DNA from: Octopus bimaculoides
Taxonomy: Eukaryota
NCBI RefSeq assembly: GCF_001194135.2
Contig: NC_068996.1
Location: 46,365,049-46,409,354, forward strand
DNA length: 44,306 nucleotides
Direction of reading: 5' to 3'
The notes under the pieces were generated by a model that did not search any database, was not told the DNA's origin, and saw only the letters and a program-made list of their open reading frames with translations. Below are positions 1 to 12,805 of this stretch, in pieces. The number at the start of each line of letters is the position of its first letter. Within the stretch, counting starts at the first letter, position 1. The position numbers and the translations under genes are program-made.

Positions 1-655
1 CAGTACCGCCTGACTGGCCTTCATGCGGGTGACACGTAAAAGCACCCACTACACTCTCTGAGTGGTTGGCGTTAGGAAGGGCATCCAGATGTGGAAACAC
101 TGCCAAATCAGATTGGAGCCTGGTGTAGCCATCTGGTTTCACCAGTCCTCAGTCAAATCGTCCAACCCATGCTAGCATGGAAAGCGGACGTTAAATGACG
201 ACGACGATATATATGTGCTGTGCGTGAGAAGACCCCGCAAGCCAAGTGAGATTGTTGCCAGTGCCCCTGGACTGGCTCTTGTGCAGGTGGCACATAAGAT
301 GCATCATTTTGAGCGTGACCGTTGCCAGTGCCACCTGACTGCCCTTCATAGGGTTTTCGAGCGAGATCATTGCCAGTGCCCCTGGACTGGCTTTTGTGCG
401 GGTGGCACATAAAAGACACCATTTCGAGCGTGGCCGTTGCCAGTACCGCCTGACTGGCCTTCATGCGAGTGACACGTAAAAGCACCCACTACACTCTCCG
501 AGTGGTTGGCGTTAGGAAGGGCATCCAGCTGTAGAAACTCTGCCAAATTAGATTGGAGCCTGGTGTTGCCATCCGGTTTCACCAGTCCTCAGTCAAATCG
601 TCCAACCCATGCTAGCATGGAAAGCAGACGTTAAACGATGATGATGATGATGATG

Positions 656-657
<2 letters not shown>
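1..657 (+). mobile_element. Two tandem copies of the RTE-LINE 3'-tail repeat
   Basis: Both end cactacactct..gagtggttggcgttaggaagggcatccag...catgctagcatggaaagc.gacgttaaa+(GAT/GAC)n, closely matching 19618-19915. Confidence 0.8.
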
Positions 658-711
<54 letters not shown>

Positions 712-930
712 NNNNNNNNNNNNNNNNNNNNNNNNNNNNNNNNNNNNNNNNNNNNNNNNNNNNNNNNNNNNNNNNNNNNNNNNNNNNNNNNNNNNNNNNN
801 NNNNNNNNNNNNNNNNNNNNNNNNNNNNNNNNNNNNNNNNNNNNNNNNNNNNNNNNNNNNNNNNNNNNNNNNNNNNNNNNNNNNNNNNNNNNNNNNNNNN
901 NNNNNNNNNNNNNNNNNNNNNNNNNNNNNN

Positions 931-983
<53 letters not shown>

Positions 984-2883
984 TATGAGAAAGAGGGTGT
1001 GTGAGTGTGCGTGTTCATTCCAGTATTTTAGGTGTGAAATGAATAACATTGTCATAAGATAATTAAAAAAATACATTTAAAACAACTCCACGCCCTTACT
1101 TGTTCATGCCTTGATGTAATAACTATTGTAATTTGTGTCTTAACAAGGATGTTAGCTGTATGGAGCCATTAGTAAGAATATTTATACACACATATACAAA
1201 AGCATGTAACCTTATAAACATAGAAACATTATGCACACAGATAAACCATCATCTCCATCATCATCATCATCATCATCATTTGGCTAGTGCAACAGGGTCT
1301 GACAAACCGGAGGACTATGTTGAGTTCCACTGTCTGCTTCAGTATGGTATCTATGGCTGGATGCCCTTCCTAATGCCAATCTCTTTACAGAGTGACCAGG
1401 ATGCATTTTTATTCTCATAGCACCAACACTAATGAGGTTACCAAGTAACTAACAAGACTAAAAAAAGAGTTCCCTCTTTGACTAAATAGGAATGTAGTAG
1501 AGAGAGTAATTGCTTTATATCAGATGTTGAGAAGCTGAAAAATTACAGAGACACGGGTGCAGGTATCTTGCTATAGAGGAGATACATGGCTATCTTGTAT
1601 TATTTTTATAAGTATTACTTGAAAAGGAAGGTAAGGGTAGAGAGGGAAGTTTTGTCTAATGAAAGGCTTAATAAAAGGTGGGTGAATGTAGCAAAGACGT
1701 TATGCATGAATGAAGAAACCACTTTGAGCATGAACAAAAAGAGAAAGGGCGCTATGCTCTAATGGTTTTTTCCAAGGTTACCGTGGTTTTGTTTTCATAG
1801 GTTTATATTTCCACGGATAATCATAGTCAGTGTTATATTTTCTCCCCCTTTTGGAAATTTCAATTGTTAAAACAACTCTTTGTTTTCTCCTGTGCACGTC
1901 CCAAAACCTTTCTGATCCCTATTGATCGGTTTTGAAAAAAAAAAATTCTACATTGTATTGTCCCCTCTGTGTTCGGCCCTGTGTGGCTTAATAAAGAAAT
2001 CTATCTTGTATTACATATAGATCAGTGATAGTTTCTGGAAAGATAGATAAAGATGGTGCCAAAGTTAAGGCATTCTCTCTAAGTACATGAAGATGAGTAT
2101 AAGAGAGTATATGAAAAAAAGGATCTCGAACTGTGTGTGAATAAGTCTATAAAATGTGAGAGAGATGAGAAGCAATTGGTTAAAGATGGGGATGTGTGTG
2201 TAAACTTGAATTTGTGTTAGGACTTACATACAGGACTTACAACAGACATTTGCAATAAAATTTGTATAATCACATTATATGAGCAGATTGTCAAGTAGTT
2301 AAATCCATACCATGGTTTCATGCAGGTAACAGAATAAATACAAGTAATTTTTAGGTCAGTATATATGAGAGAGTTATAATCCAGAAGGGAAATGATACAA
2401 AAGTGACCAGTTATTGATGTGTAATGTCATATATGATGGTATTTTTACTGATGCAGCAGAATTTTTCAGTTTGTCAATGAAAATACCTAACCTATAACAG
2501 CATATTGCATGATACAATATGTGAAATTTCTCTGCTAGACATAAGTTATACACTGCTAGTATTGTGTGTTGCAGCAGATAAGATTTCTCATATTATTGTT
2601 TCCCACCTGCCTTCATACTATCTAACCCATAAGTTGTATTATTGTTTAACCCAAGCTTAACCATGATTAAGTAGATCCATGTTCAAAAGTTGTATCTATT
2701 GTAAACATCACTTTAGATAGGTGTATATATGGCTGTGTGGTAAGAAGTTTACTCCCCAACCACATGGTTCAAGATTCAATCTCAGTGCATGGCACCTTGG
2801 GTAAGTGTCTTCTAAGCCTTGTGAGTGGGTTTGGTAGACAGAAACTGAAAGAAGCCTCTCATATATAAATATAGACAGATAAA

Positions 2884-3248
2884 GGCGGCGAGCTGGCAGA
2901 AACGTTAGCACGTCGGGCAAAATGCTTAGTGGTTTTTCGTCTGCCGTTACGTTCTGAGTTCAAATTCCGCCAAGGTCAGCTTTGCCTTTCATCCTTTCGG
3001 GGTCGATTAAATAAGTACCAGTTACGTACTGGGGTCGATATAATCGACTTAATCCGTTTGTCCCCTCTGTTTGTAGCCCCTTGTGGGCAGTAAAGAAATA
3101 AGAAACGTTAGCGTGCCGGGCAAAATGCTTAGCGTTATTTCGTCTGCCGTTACATTCTGAGTTCAAATTCTGCCGAGGTCGACTTTGCCTTTCATCCTTT
3201 CGGGGTCAATTAAATAAAGTACCAGTTATGCACTGGGGTCAATGTAAT
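2884..3248 (+). mobile_element. Second tRNA-derived SINE family, two tandem copies
   Basis: ggcggcgagctggcagaaacgttagc...ttctgagttcaaattcc (B-box)...gtcgactttgcctttcatcctttcggggtcg. A second copy starts at about 3101 and runs into the gap. Confidence 0.8.
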
Positions 3249-3944
3249 NNNNNNNNNNNNNNNNNNNNNNNNNNNNNNNNNNNNNNNNNNNNNNNNNNNN
3301 NNNNNNNNNNNNNNNNNNNNNNNNNNNNNNNNNNNNNNNNNNNNNNNNNNNNNNNNNNNNNNNNNNNNNNNNNNNNNNNNNNNNNNNNNNNNNNNNNNNN
3401 NNNNNNNNNNNNNNNNNNNNNNNNNNNNNNNNNNNNNNNNNNNNNNNNNNNNNNNNNNNNNNNNNNNNNNNNNNNNNNNNNNNNNNNNNNNNNNNNNNNN
3501 NNNNNNNNNNNNNNNNNNNNNNNNNNNNNNNNNNNNNNNNNNNNNNNNNNNNNNNNNNNNNNNNNNNNNNNNNNNNNNNNNNNNNNNNNNNNNNNNNNNN
3601 NNNNNNNNNNNNNNNNNNNNNNNNNNNNNNNNNNNNNNNNNNNNNNNNNNNNNNNNNNNNNNNNNNNNNNNNNNNNNNNNNNNNNNNNNNNNNNNNNNNN
3701 NNNNNNNNNNNNNNNNNNNNNNNNNNNNNNNNNNNNNNNNNNNNNNNNNNNNNNNNNNNNNNNNNNNNNNNNNNNNNNNNNNNNNNNNNNNNNNNNNNNN
3801 NNNNNNNNNNNNNNNNNNNNNNNNNNNNNNNNNNNNNNNNNNNNNNNNNNNNNNNNNNNNNNNNNNNNNNNNNNNNNNNNNNNNNNNNNNNNNNNNNNNN
3901 NNNNNNNNNNNNNNNNNNNNNNNNNNNNNNNNNNNNNNNNNNNN

Positions 3945-4185
3945 CAGCGAGACAGACAGCGAGACAGACAGCGAGACAGACAGCGAGACAGACAGCGAGA
4001 CAGACAGCGAGACAGACAGCAAGACAGACAGCGAGACAGACAGCAAGACAGACAGCAAGACAGACAGCAAGACAGACAGCAAGACAGACAGCAAGACAGA
4101 CAGCAAGACAGACAGCAAGATAGACAGGTAGACAGACAGGTAGACAGACAGGTAGACAGACAGGAAAACAGACAGGAAGACAGAC
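3945..4185 (+). repeat. 12-bp minisatellite (cagcgagacaga / cagcaagacaga)
   Basis: Read directly; abuts an N-gap and decays into GACA repeats. Confidence 0.9.
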
Positions 4186-4197
4186 ACATAGATAAAT

Positions 4198-4233
<36 letters not shown>

Positions 4234-4850
4234 ATGTGCGCACGCACCCCACTAATGCTTGACAACCACTGTTGGTTCATTTATGAACCTGTAACTTAGT
4301 AGGCATAGCAGTTTGACAAAAGAGACTGATATCAGGTTCTAAAAAAGTACTGAGGTCGGTTTCTTAGACTAAACCACCTTGAGATGGTGCCCCAGCATGG
4401 CCACAGTGCAATGACTGAAACAAGTAAAAGATAAAAGATATACTGGGATTGATTTGTTCAACTAAAACCCTTCAAGGTGGTGCCCCAGCATGGCCACAGT
4501 CTTATAACTGAAACAAGTAAAAGAAAAATAAATGATCAGGAAATACATTATTCAAAATGCCTGTTTTCCTGACAGTGAAACAGGGGCAGCGCAGACATAA
4601 ATAATCCTTTTCTAACAACATACCTTGTAAGAGATCGCTCCTCATAAATCAAAGCACACATCCCCCACAAAATAATTTAGCAAACACTGTTATGTGGTAT
4701 ATAATATAGTAAATAAATCATGGAAAGTTTACCAAGAGAAAGAAACAAGTGAAATGAAACAAAGGGTATAAAATGAAATCGTTCAAATTAATCAAATCAC
4801 CCCCAAAAGATTTGCGTTACAAAACTTAAAAAAAGTAATGCGTTTATATA

Positions 4851-6198
4851 ACTAGAAAAGCACTCAAAGAGCGCAGACCTCTACCAAGCAGCTCGTTTCT
4901 ACCCATATACGTGCATGCTGAAAATCACCCAATTTCCCAAACCAATGCTGGCAAATCCCATACTTATCTCGACCATCGTCATCATCAACACTGTCTCTGC
5001 TTTCACCACAATCAACGTCAAAACTACAATCACCACAATCAGTTTCTTTACACAGTTGAAAATCGATTATCCGATACTCATGGGACCGAGATTGTGGCAG
5101 ATTTTTTATTTTTCTAATTTCACAGTGCTTTATTAAAAAAAAAATTGCATCTATAAAACGGAAGTTTCAGGATAGAAACCAAGTCTAAACACAATTGCTT
5201 ATAGACATACTGTGAATATAGTTCTATATAAATCATTAATAATTTTTTTTTATACTTCAGACCATCAGAAATGTTAAGATATCAGCCTCTACTCACGTTG
5301 TCATGCTTTGATTAAAAGGTTACAGCATAGATTAGATTACTTTGATAAGTTTCAGCCAAAGTTGAGTCTGACCATGTCTAATTTAATAGCACCACCTGGA
5401 AGAGATACACAGTCAGCTCTGGGGAACCGTAGCCCATTCAAGCAGAGGGTTATTGTTTTCAGAGACATATCTGGGTGTGGGTGGTTTATCTGGTATTTAT
5501 TGGGTGTAATCATGTAGGGATTGTTTGAAAGCCATGAAGTCACTTTCCTCCTTTATGTGTGTCCGGCACGATGTTGAAGAGAGCAGGGCCAATTGAGGTG
5601 AAATAGTTCTGTCATAGCATTGTGATATGACACAAACATTTCTGTAGTGAACAGATGGCACGGAGGCCAAGCCTCGGATGAATTTTAAAGATGGGCAATG
5701 TTGATGGAATATTTTCCACACCATATAGATGATACAAAGCTCAGCAGCAGTGGTGGAGGGAGCAAAGCTTGAGCCTTTTGAGTCGATCCCAATAGTCAAG
5801 GCTTGTCGTGTCAGCCTCCGCAGACCTCCGCCAAGCAGCTCATTTTAAGATAGATACACAAGTAAAGCTACTAATAGAGAAACGAAAATAAACTTTGGAA
5901 GCAGCAACGCCACCATAAGTTACGTGGAAACGATGAACGTATTTTCAAGGGAGATAATCAAAGAACATAACAAAACTTCATGTAAAGTAAATATAACAAA
6001 GGAAAAATCTTTCAAGAATCCATAAAAATTCCTGGATCACTACCAAAATTTCATCATTTGTTCCTTGTATCATTACCAATTTTCCTGCAATTTTCATCAA
6101 ATACCCTTCACAACTTTTTGAGTTATTTTGCACACAGAAGGACAGACAGACAAACCAACGCTGATGAAAACATAACCTCCTTCCTTGGCAGAGGTAAT
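4851..6198 (+). mobile_element. HINE/DINE-1-like (Helentron-associated) non-autonomous element(s): two 5' ends, one 3' end
   Basis: 5' end actagaaaagcactc...gcagACCTCTACCAAG (4877-4888); a second gcagacctccgccaag at about 5820; GACA microsatellite at about 6140; 3' end aacataacctcc..CTTGGCAGAGGTaat (6184-6195), which is an 11/12 inverted match and forms a terminal hairpin. Confidence 0.55.
5345..5800 (-). mobile_element. CR1/L2-like LINE 3' fragment
   Basis: Minus strand reads ...NYFTSIGPALFNIVP...FMAFKQSLHDY...IPDKPPTPRYVSENNNPLLEW, resembling the C-terminus of CR1-group ORF2, followed by a 3' tail. Confidence 0.6.
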
Positions 6199-6308
6199 TA
6201 TGACATTATGACTTCTCCCCGGACCCTGAGACCAACAGGTGAATCAGACAATCACCCTCCACATTTGCCAGGCTCACAAAGAGTCTGCGAAAACAAAAAA
6301 CTGGTTGC

Positions 6309-6982
6309 AACACCAAGATTTCTGTCCATAAGGTGTGTGTTCTTAGTACACTACTTTACAGCAATGAGACGTGGAACCTCTACTCCAGACAGGAGCAGCA
6401 TCTCAACATCTTTCACCTTCCTAATTTGAGACACACCTTGGATATCAAATGGACCAATGACATCACCAACACCCAAGTCTTCAACTGCGCCAAGATACCC
6501 AGCATACTCACACTGCTCCAGCAGTGTCATTTGTGATGGCTCGGTCCTGTCCATTGCATGCCAGATGGAAGGATCCCAAAAGACCCCCCCCCCCATATGG
6601 GGAATTGTCCACTGGCACATGAGCGTAAGGACAACTTCATCTTTGTTTCAAGGACGTCTGTAAGAGAGATATGAAGTCGCTTGATCTGGATGTTCAGAGA
6701 TGGGAGGCGGTTGCAAATGACTGCCCACACTGGAGACAAATACTGTGAAAGGGGATGAAGAGAGCAGAAGCAAAACAGGAACTCGCCACCAGAGAAAAGT
6801 GCACTTGACAAAAGGAAAAAACCAGCAGTACTGGCAGAGAGCTCCTTCAAATGCAGTCGCTGTATGCATGATTGCCACTCCTGTGTGGGCTTGTACAACC
6901 ACAACAGATGCTGCATCACCATCAGCAGCTGATATGATTTATTTGGGTGCAGATCCATGGCCTATCAAGACCGACTGATGCC
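6309..6982 (+). mobile_element. Degenerate RTE-clade LINE, C-terminal part of ORF2
   Basis: TKISVHKVCVLSTLLYSNETW...LRHTLDIKW...MPDGRIPKD...YGEL...FKDVCKRDMK...FKCSRCMHDCHSCVGLYNH, typical of the RTE ORF2 end with its Cys/His motif. Frameshifted. Confidence 0.85.
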
Positions 6983-7479
6983 TGCTATATGCAAGCCATG
7001 GAAAAAGTCATGAAGAACTTACATGTGGGTCAAATGTTATGGGTGATTCATGCTCGTTAGAAATATAATTATACTTTACTAGAGCATCAGTGATTGCATT
7101 CCTTCATAATAACTAAAAAGTTATACAGTTGTTGGTTTCCCCACCAAGTCTTTCTAAAGGTACAGGGCAACCAATTCTGAGAGGGGGTAGAATTCAACCT
7201 CAGTATTTTAGTGGTATTCTATCAACCCCAAAAGAATGAAAGGACAGAAAACTTCAGTACAGTTTGAACTCAGAATGCAGGAAGCCAGACGAATCAGTGC
7301 AAAGCATTCATTTTATCCAACACTCTTATAATTCTGCTAGTTTGCTACTTCTTACAAGTACAACACAACAGAGATTTAGTCGCTATTTCTAGCAGATCAA
7401 GATCAAGTACCCATGCAGAGGCTCTCTTGTTTGCTTGTGTCTCACAGATTTTATTTAGGTCTATTAACTTTTCAGACAA

Positions 7480-7523
<44 letters not shown>

Positions 7524-7572
7524 ACAGAAAAAGACACTTTGAATATAAGAATGCAGGAATCATATGACTTAC

Positions 7573-7619
7573 TTGTTGAGTTGAAGAAATGCCTGACACA
7601 TTTATCCATTGAAGCAATA
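7573..7619 (-). CDS. AMDHD2: AMDHD2 internal exon (47 bp, phase 2-1)
   Basis: (S)IASMDKCVRHFFNST matches the SIAxMDxCVRHF segment of animal AMDHD2. Acceptor taattttctag, donor A|gtaagt. The phase completes the Ser codon begun in the previous exon. Confidence 0.93.
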
Positions 7620-8278
7620 CTAGAAAATTATAAAAGAATAAAAGAATAAAAGAGTAGAAAACAGAAAATGATTCAAAGTGTAAACTCATTAAAATGTTTA
7701 GTCATTCAGCTATATTTATGAATACAAATGTTATAAATGTATACAACATGCTCATACATTTTATATCAAACACTTCTTGTAGTTTCTCTTTTCTGTTATA
7801 CATTGATCTACTTCCTTTTTTTTTACTTATTTCCTTTTTTTACTTGGTCAAGAGGAAGGGCCTATAGCATGTAGCTTTCATAGGCTTTCTGATGCTAACA
7901 AGATGGACGAGGTCAGTATTTCACTTGAACAGCTGCAATTTGATGGCTTCAGATAAAAGAAACTCGGGCAAAGAAGACAATTACAGAATAATAATGCTCT
8001 GCAGAGAAAGAACAACTGTAAAATGTAGCTAGTACAGTGAAGTACATGAGAGTGGAGATACTACAATGTGGTGCTGAAATTTCCTGGCTTTGGGTAAAAG
8101 AAAATACAGGAGGATCAGTTAAATATGATTTCATTCAACGTATTACGCTCTCAGATTCACACACTTATTCTAAAAGCCCTTCAGTTTTTCTAAGCCTTAT
8201 AAAAGAACTTGGAACATTGGGCCTCCAACCAAGCCTTTTCACAATACCCTTGAAGCCAGTAACTTTTCATCAGCCTCT

Positions 8279-8315
<37 letters not shown>

Positions 8316-8887
8316 NNNNNNNNNNNNNNNNNNNNNNNNNNNNNNNNNNNNNNNNNNNNNNNNNNNNNNNNNNNNNNNNNNNNNNNNNNNNNNNNNNNNN
8401 NNNNNNNNNNNNNNNNNNNNNNNNNNNNNNNNNNNNNNNNNNNNNNNNNNNNNNNNNNNNNNNNNNNNNNNNNNNNNNNNNNNNNNNNNNNNNNNNNNNN
8501 NNNNNNNNNNNNNNNNNNNNNNNNNNNNNNNNNNNNNNNNNNNNNNNNNNNNNNNNNNNNNNNNNNNNNNNNNNNNNNNNNNNNNNNNNNNNNNNNNNNN
8601 NNNNNNNNNNNNNNNNNNNNNNNNNNNNNNNNNNNNNNNNNNNNNNNNNNNNNNNNNNNNNNNNNNNNNNNNNNNNNNNNNNNNNNNNNNNNNNNNNNNN
8701 NNNNNNNNNNNNNNNNNNNNNNNNNNNNNNNNNNNNNNNNNNNNNNNNNNNNNNNNNNNNNNNNNNNNNNNNNNNNNNNNNNNNNNNNNNNNNNNNNNNN
8801 NNNNNNNNNNNNNNNNNNNNNNNNNNNNNNNNNNNNNNNNNNNNNNNNNNNNNNNNNNNNNNNNNNNNNNNNNNNNNNNNNNNNNNN

Positions 8888-9303
8888 ACGCCAAAGTCTA
8901 TTGTTGAAGGAAGTTTTGTTGTTGCATGACAATGCACACCCACACACGTCTACCCAGACTGTTGAAACCATAAACCAACTGGGTTCTGAGGTGCAGGAAC
9001 ACCCTTTCTACAGCCCAAATCTCGCCCATTCCAACTATTATATCTTTGGACCGCTCAAAGATGGTTTACGAGTTCGTCGACATCCTAAAGATGAAGATGT
9101 GAAAGAAGCAGTGCATAAATGGTTGCATAACCAACTGAAAGCCTTCTTCTTGGAGATAATACGCAAGCTTGGGGACCACTGGACCAAGTGCATCAAAAAG
9201 GAAGGAGACAATACAGAAAAATGACATATTTGTTTATCCTCTGCTTTTGTGTAAATACATTGAAAAAAACAAGAGTGTGTATAATTTTTGACTCTCCCTC
9301 GTA
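8888..9303 (+). mobile_element. Mariner transposase 3' fragment with right TIR
   Basis: LLLHDNAHPHT...HPFYSPNLAHSNYYIFGPLKDGL...W..CIKKEGD* (stop 9222-9224), then TIR-like tttttgactctccctcg+TA. The third catalytic Asp of YSPDLAPSD is replaced by Asn. The 5' part is lost in the gap. Confidence 0.9.
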
Positions 9304-10068
9304 TATTGCCCACCTGGAAGGTACACCAGTCTGTTGCAGGAATATTCACTTTTGCAGGCTGAGTGGATTTGAGCAATGTGAAATGAAGTGTTTGTTGAAG
9401 AATACAATACACCGCCTGATCAAAGAATCAAAGGCACAATCTTACAATCATGAGTTCAACACCTTAACCACTAAGTCACACACCTCCTGATAGCTATAGC
9501 GTTAGAGTTTAGCTTCAAAGAAGTCACACCTGAGCACACCTATGATCAAAGGAATTCCAGTCATGACCATCTGGTCTTCATTCATTGGTACTGTGTACCT
9601 TTATGCCAGTAAATTGGCAGAGTCATAAGGGCATTGGAAACAATTCCTTGTGATATATACATTGTAGTTCTTTGCATTTTGAGGTGTGACTTTACCTTTC
9701 ATTCTTCTAGGTGGGGGGGGAGATCAATAAAAAAACCGGTCAAGCATAAAAGAAACTTTTTTCGTTTGTTCTTTCCTTTTCTAACTCTCTCTCTCTTTCT
9801 ATTTCTCTCACTCTCTGAATCTGTTACATTACACTGTCAAAGAGTACATGGATGTCACTAAAAGCATCACATTCTTCAGAAATGGGAGATGGTTTCAGCA
9901 TGGAACCATTCAGGAATAGACCAATGTAAGGAAAACGTGCACATCTGTGCCTATATTGCCCTTTTCAGTTGTGAGCTTGACACTTTGAAGAAGCCATAGG
10001 TGGGAGCAATCCACAGTATGAACATAGTTTTTTTCTCTCTTCTCTCTAGCTTCAGTTCAAGAAAAACA

Positions 10069-10327
10069 TTAACTACGTTAGGAGAGTATTGTAGTTCACT
10101 TGAAGCATTGTGTATTGTTTGTAAAGAATAAAAAGTTTAGAATGGTACGACAATACACTATAGAACAAAAAATGGACTCCAGCTAAGAAGATCAGAAGAA
10201 GGAATTGTAATTCCGGAATATCATCGGACTATAGATAACCAAATTACAACAGGTATATAGTCCATTTTTTGTTCTATAGTACATTGTCGTACCATTCTAA
10301 ACTTTTTATTCTTTATTAACTACGTTA
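10069..10327. mobile_element. Foldback element with 57-bp inverted arms, a decayed hammerhead-like motif in the loop and a 12-bp flanking direct repeat
   Basis: Arms 10122-10178 and 10259-10315 (55/57 match); ttaactacgtta at 10069-10080 and 10316-10327; motif at 10190-10225. Confidence 0.65.
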
Positions 10328-11194
10328 ATCCCAGTAGACTAGAAGGAATTTCCCTTTCTACAGACCAAACAAATAATAGAAAAAATAAATGAAAATAAAA
10401 AATTGTTGTATCTTGGGAAGGTCATTATGCCAATAATTACTATAGACATTGGTTCAATTTCACTTCTCATAATTCATCAACTGGTTAACCTTTAGCACAC
10501 TGTAGGTGCATCATGTCACCATATGAGGTTTCTCCCCTGTAGTAACAGGACAGTGGCAGGGGAAATAACTCTAGAGAAAATGCAATGTGATAAAGGTTAA
10601 TCATCTAATCAACAAACTTCTTGTTTGATTAGTTATTCAGTTAATCAAACAATCAGTTGTGTTTGCCAAAAATCCTTTTGTTGTCTTTTGCAACCTCTTA
10701 CAACAAAATACACATCAATACACAAGCTTATTCCAAGAAACTTGCAAATCAAACACAAAAACGAAATGAATAAAAAATTGTGTTCTCAGAATTCATTTTG
10801 CCAATCATTTTGGTGTTGTCAGCATCTTAATGAAAATGTAATACAGCTCTTAAGTTCCAAGTCTAGAACGCATCCTACCTAGAGGATCTTGTCTTTTTAT
10901 TCTTGTCCTAGAAACTTGATACACTTAAACACCAGTGAGATACTGACAGCCTTCTTAATACCCCTTTTGAAATGATTATTTAGATGCCATCAGCATAGCT
11001 TAAATAGGTACAAAATAAGAATAGCAATACATATGACATAAATATTTTCTATTCTTCCTTTCAAACCATTTTTTTTTTCTCCATTTCTTTTTCATCAGTT
11101 CACCAGTCTAAGCTATCAAATCGATGATTCATCACAAAAAAAAATACAAAACAAAAAAAAAAAACAGAAAATAAAAATACATAAATCTTATTAC

Positions 11195-11324
11195 CTTCCA
11201 CACAATGTTTCGGTGCCAGCCAGGACAGCTCTGTTGTGCTTTATTTCAACCTTCTGTGGACCAATTGTGTGTAAACCGGGAGGTAGTCCCATTGCTGGAA
11301 CAGCATCTGTGACTATCACAAGTC
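11195..11324 (-). CDS. AMDHD2: AMDHD2 internal exon (130 bp, phase 1-2)
   Basis: (G)LVIVTDAVPAMGLPPGLHTIGPQKVEIKHNRAVLAGTETLCG(S), containing the catalytic Asp in VTDA and an LxGS motif. Acceptor ctcattgttcag, donor AG|gtaata. Confidence 0.95.
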
Positions 11325-11425
11325 CTGAACAATGAGAAATACATACAGATATATTTAAAAGTTAGTGTATGTGTGTGCATGTGTATCTGCACGCACAAAT
11401 AAAAGTGTGTGTGTGTGCATATGAG

Positions 11426-11463
<38 letters not shown>

Positions 11464-11678
11464 TGTGTGTCTGTGTGTGTGTGCATATAAAAGTGTGCGT
11501 GAGTGTGTGCATGCACATAAATATATATATCTTTATCATCATTTAATTATGGCATGGGTTGGACAGCTTGACAGGAGCTGGTAAGGCCAGGAACTGCAAC
11601 AGGATCCATTTCTGCTTTGGCAGGTTTTCTATGGTTGGACACCCCTGCTAAAGCCAACCACTTAACATAGTATATGGG

Positions 11679-11791
11679 CACTAGCATAGCTGGGGTGGAG
11701 GGAGGGGAGCAGTCTGCCCCGGGGGGCGTCACTTTTAAAGGGGCAAACAGAAGGGCCAGCCCGGGTGGCACACACTCTAGCTATGCTACTG
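11679..11791. mobile_element. Small GC-rich MITE-like element
   Basis: cactagcatagct ... agctatgctactg (12/13 inverted match). The flanks tatatggg / tatacagg are a possible degenerate 8-bp TSD. Confidence 0.4.
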
Positions 11792-11897
11792 TATACAGGG
11801 GTACTTTTTACATGGCACCAGCACTTTTTATGTGGTACCAACACACATGCACACAACCAGGGCCATCGCTAAGCCCCTGCAACCCCTGCAGTTATAG

Positions 11898-11959
11898 GGG
11901 GCCCCTGTGGTTGAGGGGCCCCTGTGGTTGAGGGGCCCCTGTGGTTGAGGGGCCCTGTG
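11898..11959 (+). repeat. 17-bp tandem repeat ggggcccctgtggttga, about 3.5 copies
   Basis: Read directly; follows a cagggccatcgct DNA-transposon-like end. Confidence 0.85.
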
Positions 11960-12133
11960 CTAAGACCAAAGTACATAGACGAGCCATCTGAAAATTTCAA
12001 GCCAGACTAGGAAAAAAATACAAAGGTATACCGTAAATAAATTTAGAAGAAGTGTTTTGTGTGTGTGTGTATACATATATTTTTACACACATGGTAGATA
12101 TATAGCATAAATGTATGTATATATGTGTGTGTA

Positions 12134-12166
<33 letters not shown>

Positions 12167-12513
12167 GGTAACATGTAAACTTAGACACAAAGATAAATAT
12201 ACACACATGTACACACACAAAGTTGATCTTTATAATGCCATATATTTTTTCTCTTCCAAATGTCTACATTTGGTCTATTATGTTTAGAACTGGCAGAAGT
12301 CTTGATAGGAAAACTTCAAAGCCTTGTAGAATTTTAATTGGATGAATCAGCCCCAGTATTGATTTTTTTTTTTTTTTTAAAGTCTGATACTTATTCAATC
12401 AGCTTCTTTTGGTGAACTGCTAATTGATGGGGACATAAACAAACCAACAATGGCTGTCAAGCGGTGGTGGGGACAAACACAGATACAAAAGACACACACA
12501 CACTCACACACAT

Positions 12514-12551
<38 letters not shown>

Positions 12552-12555
<4 letters not shown>

Positions 12556-12805
12556 TTGCTATTATGCAAAAGTGTCATAAGTCCAAAATATTGCTTTTTC
12601 AGAAAACAAAAAAAGAGTTTCACCATTCCATAGTAAAACTGTTGGACTACACTTTGACAATTTTTGATATCTTGGCAGCTGAAGCAAGATATCTATACCA
12701 CAATTTTGACCAAAAGTTTGACCAAAAGAACCAGCTATTGCAAGCAAAAATAAAAATTGAAACAACCACATTTGGCCAAATTTGGACATACATAATAGCA
12801 ATGAT
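12552..12805. mobile_element. MITE with 15-bp TIRs inserted in (TA)n inside a SINE
   Basis: atcgttgctattatg ... cataatagcaatgat (14/15 inverted match). A partial copy at 27581-27798 also ends cataatagcaacgat next to (TA)n. Confidence 0.7.

Noticed and set aside
8037-9224. 395-aa ORF in the track, and other long ORFs spanning N runs or microsatellites
   Set aside because: These are artefacts of translating through gaps and (TA)n, (GA)n or (CA)n. Only the mariner (8889-9224) and RT (18259-18624) parts are real coding remnants.
10490-10545. TGEKPH zinc-finger linker on the minus strand
   Set aside because: No flanking C2H2 pattern and a stop codon four codons later; probably chance.
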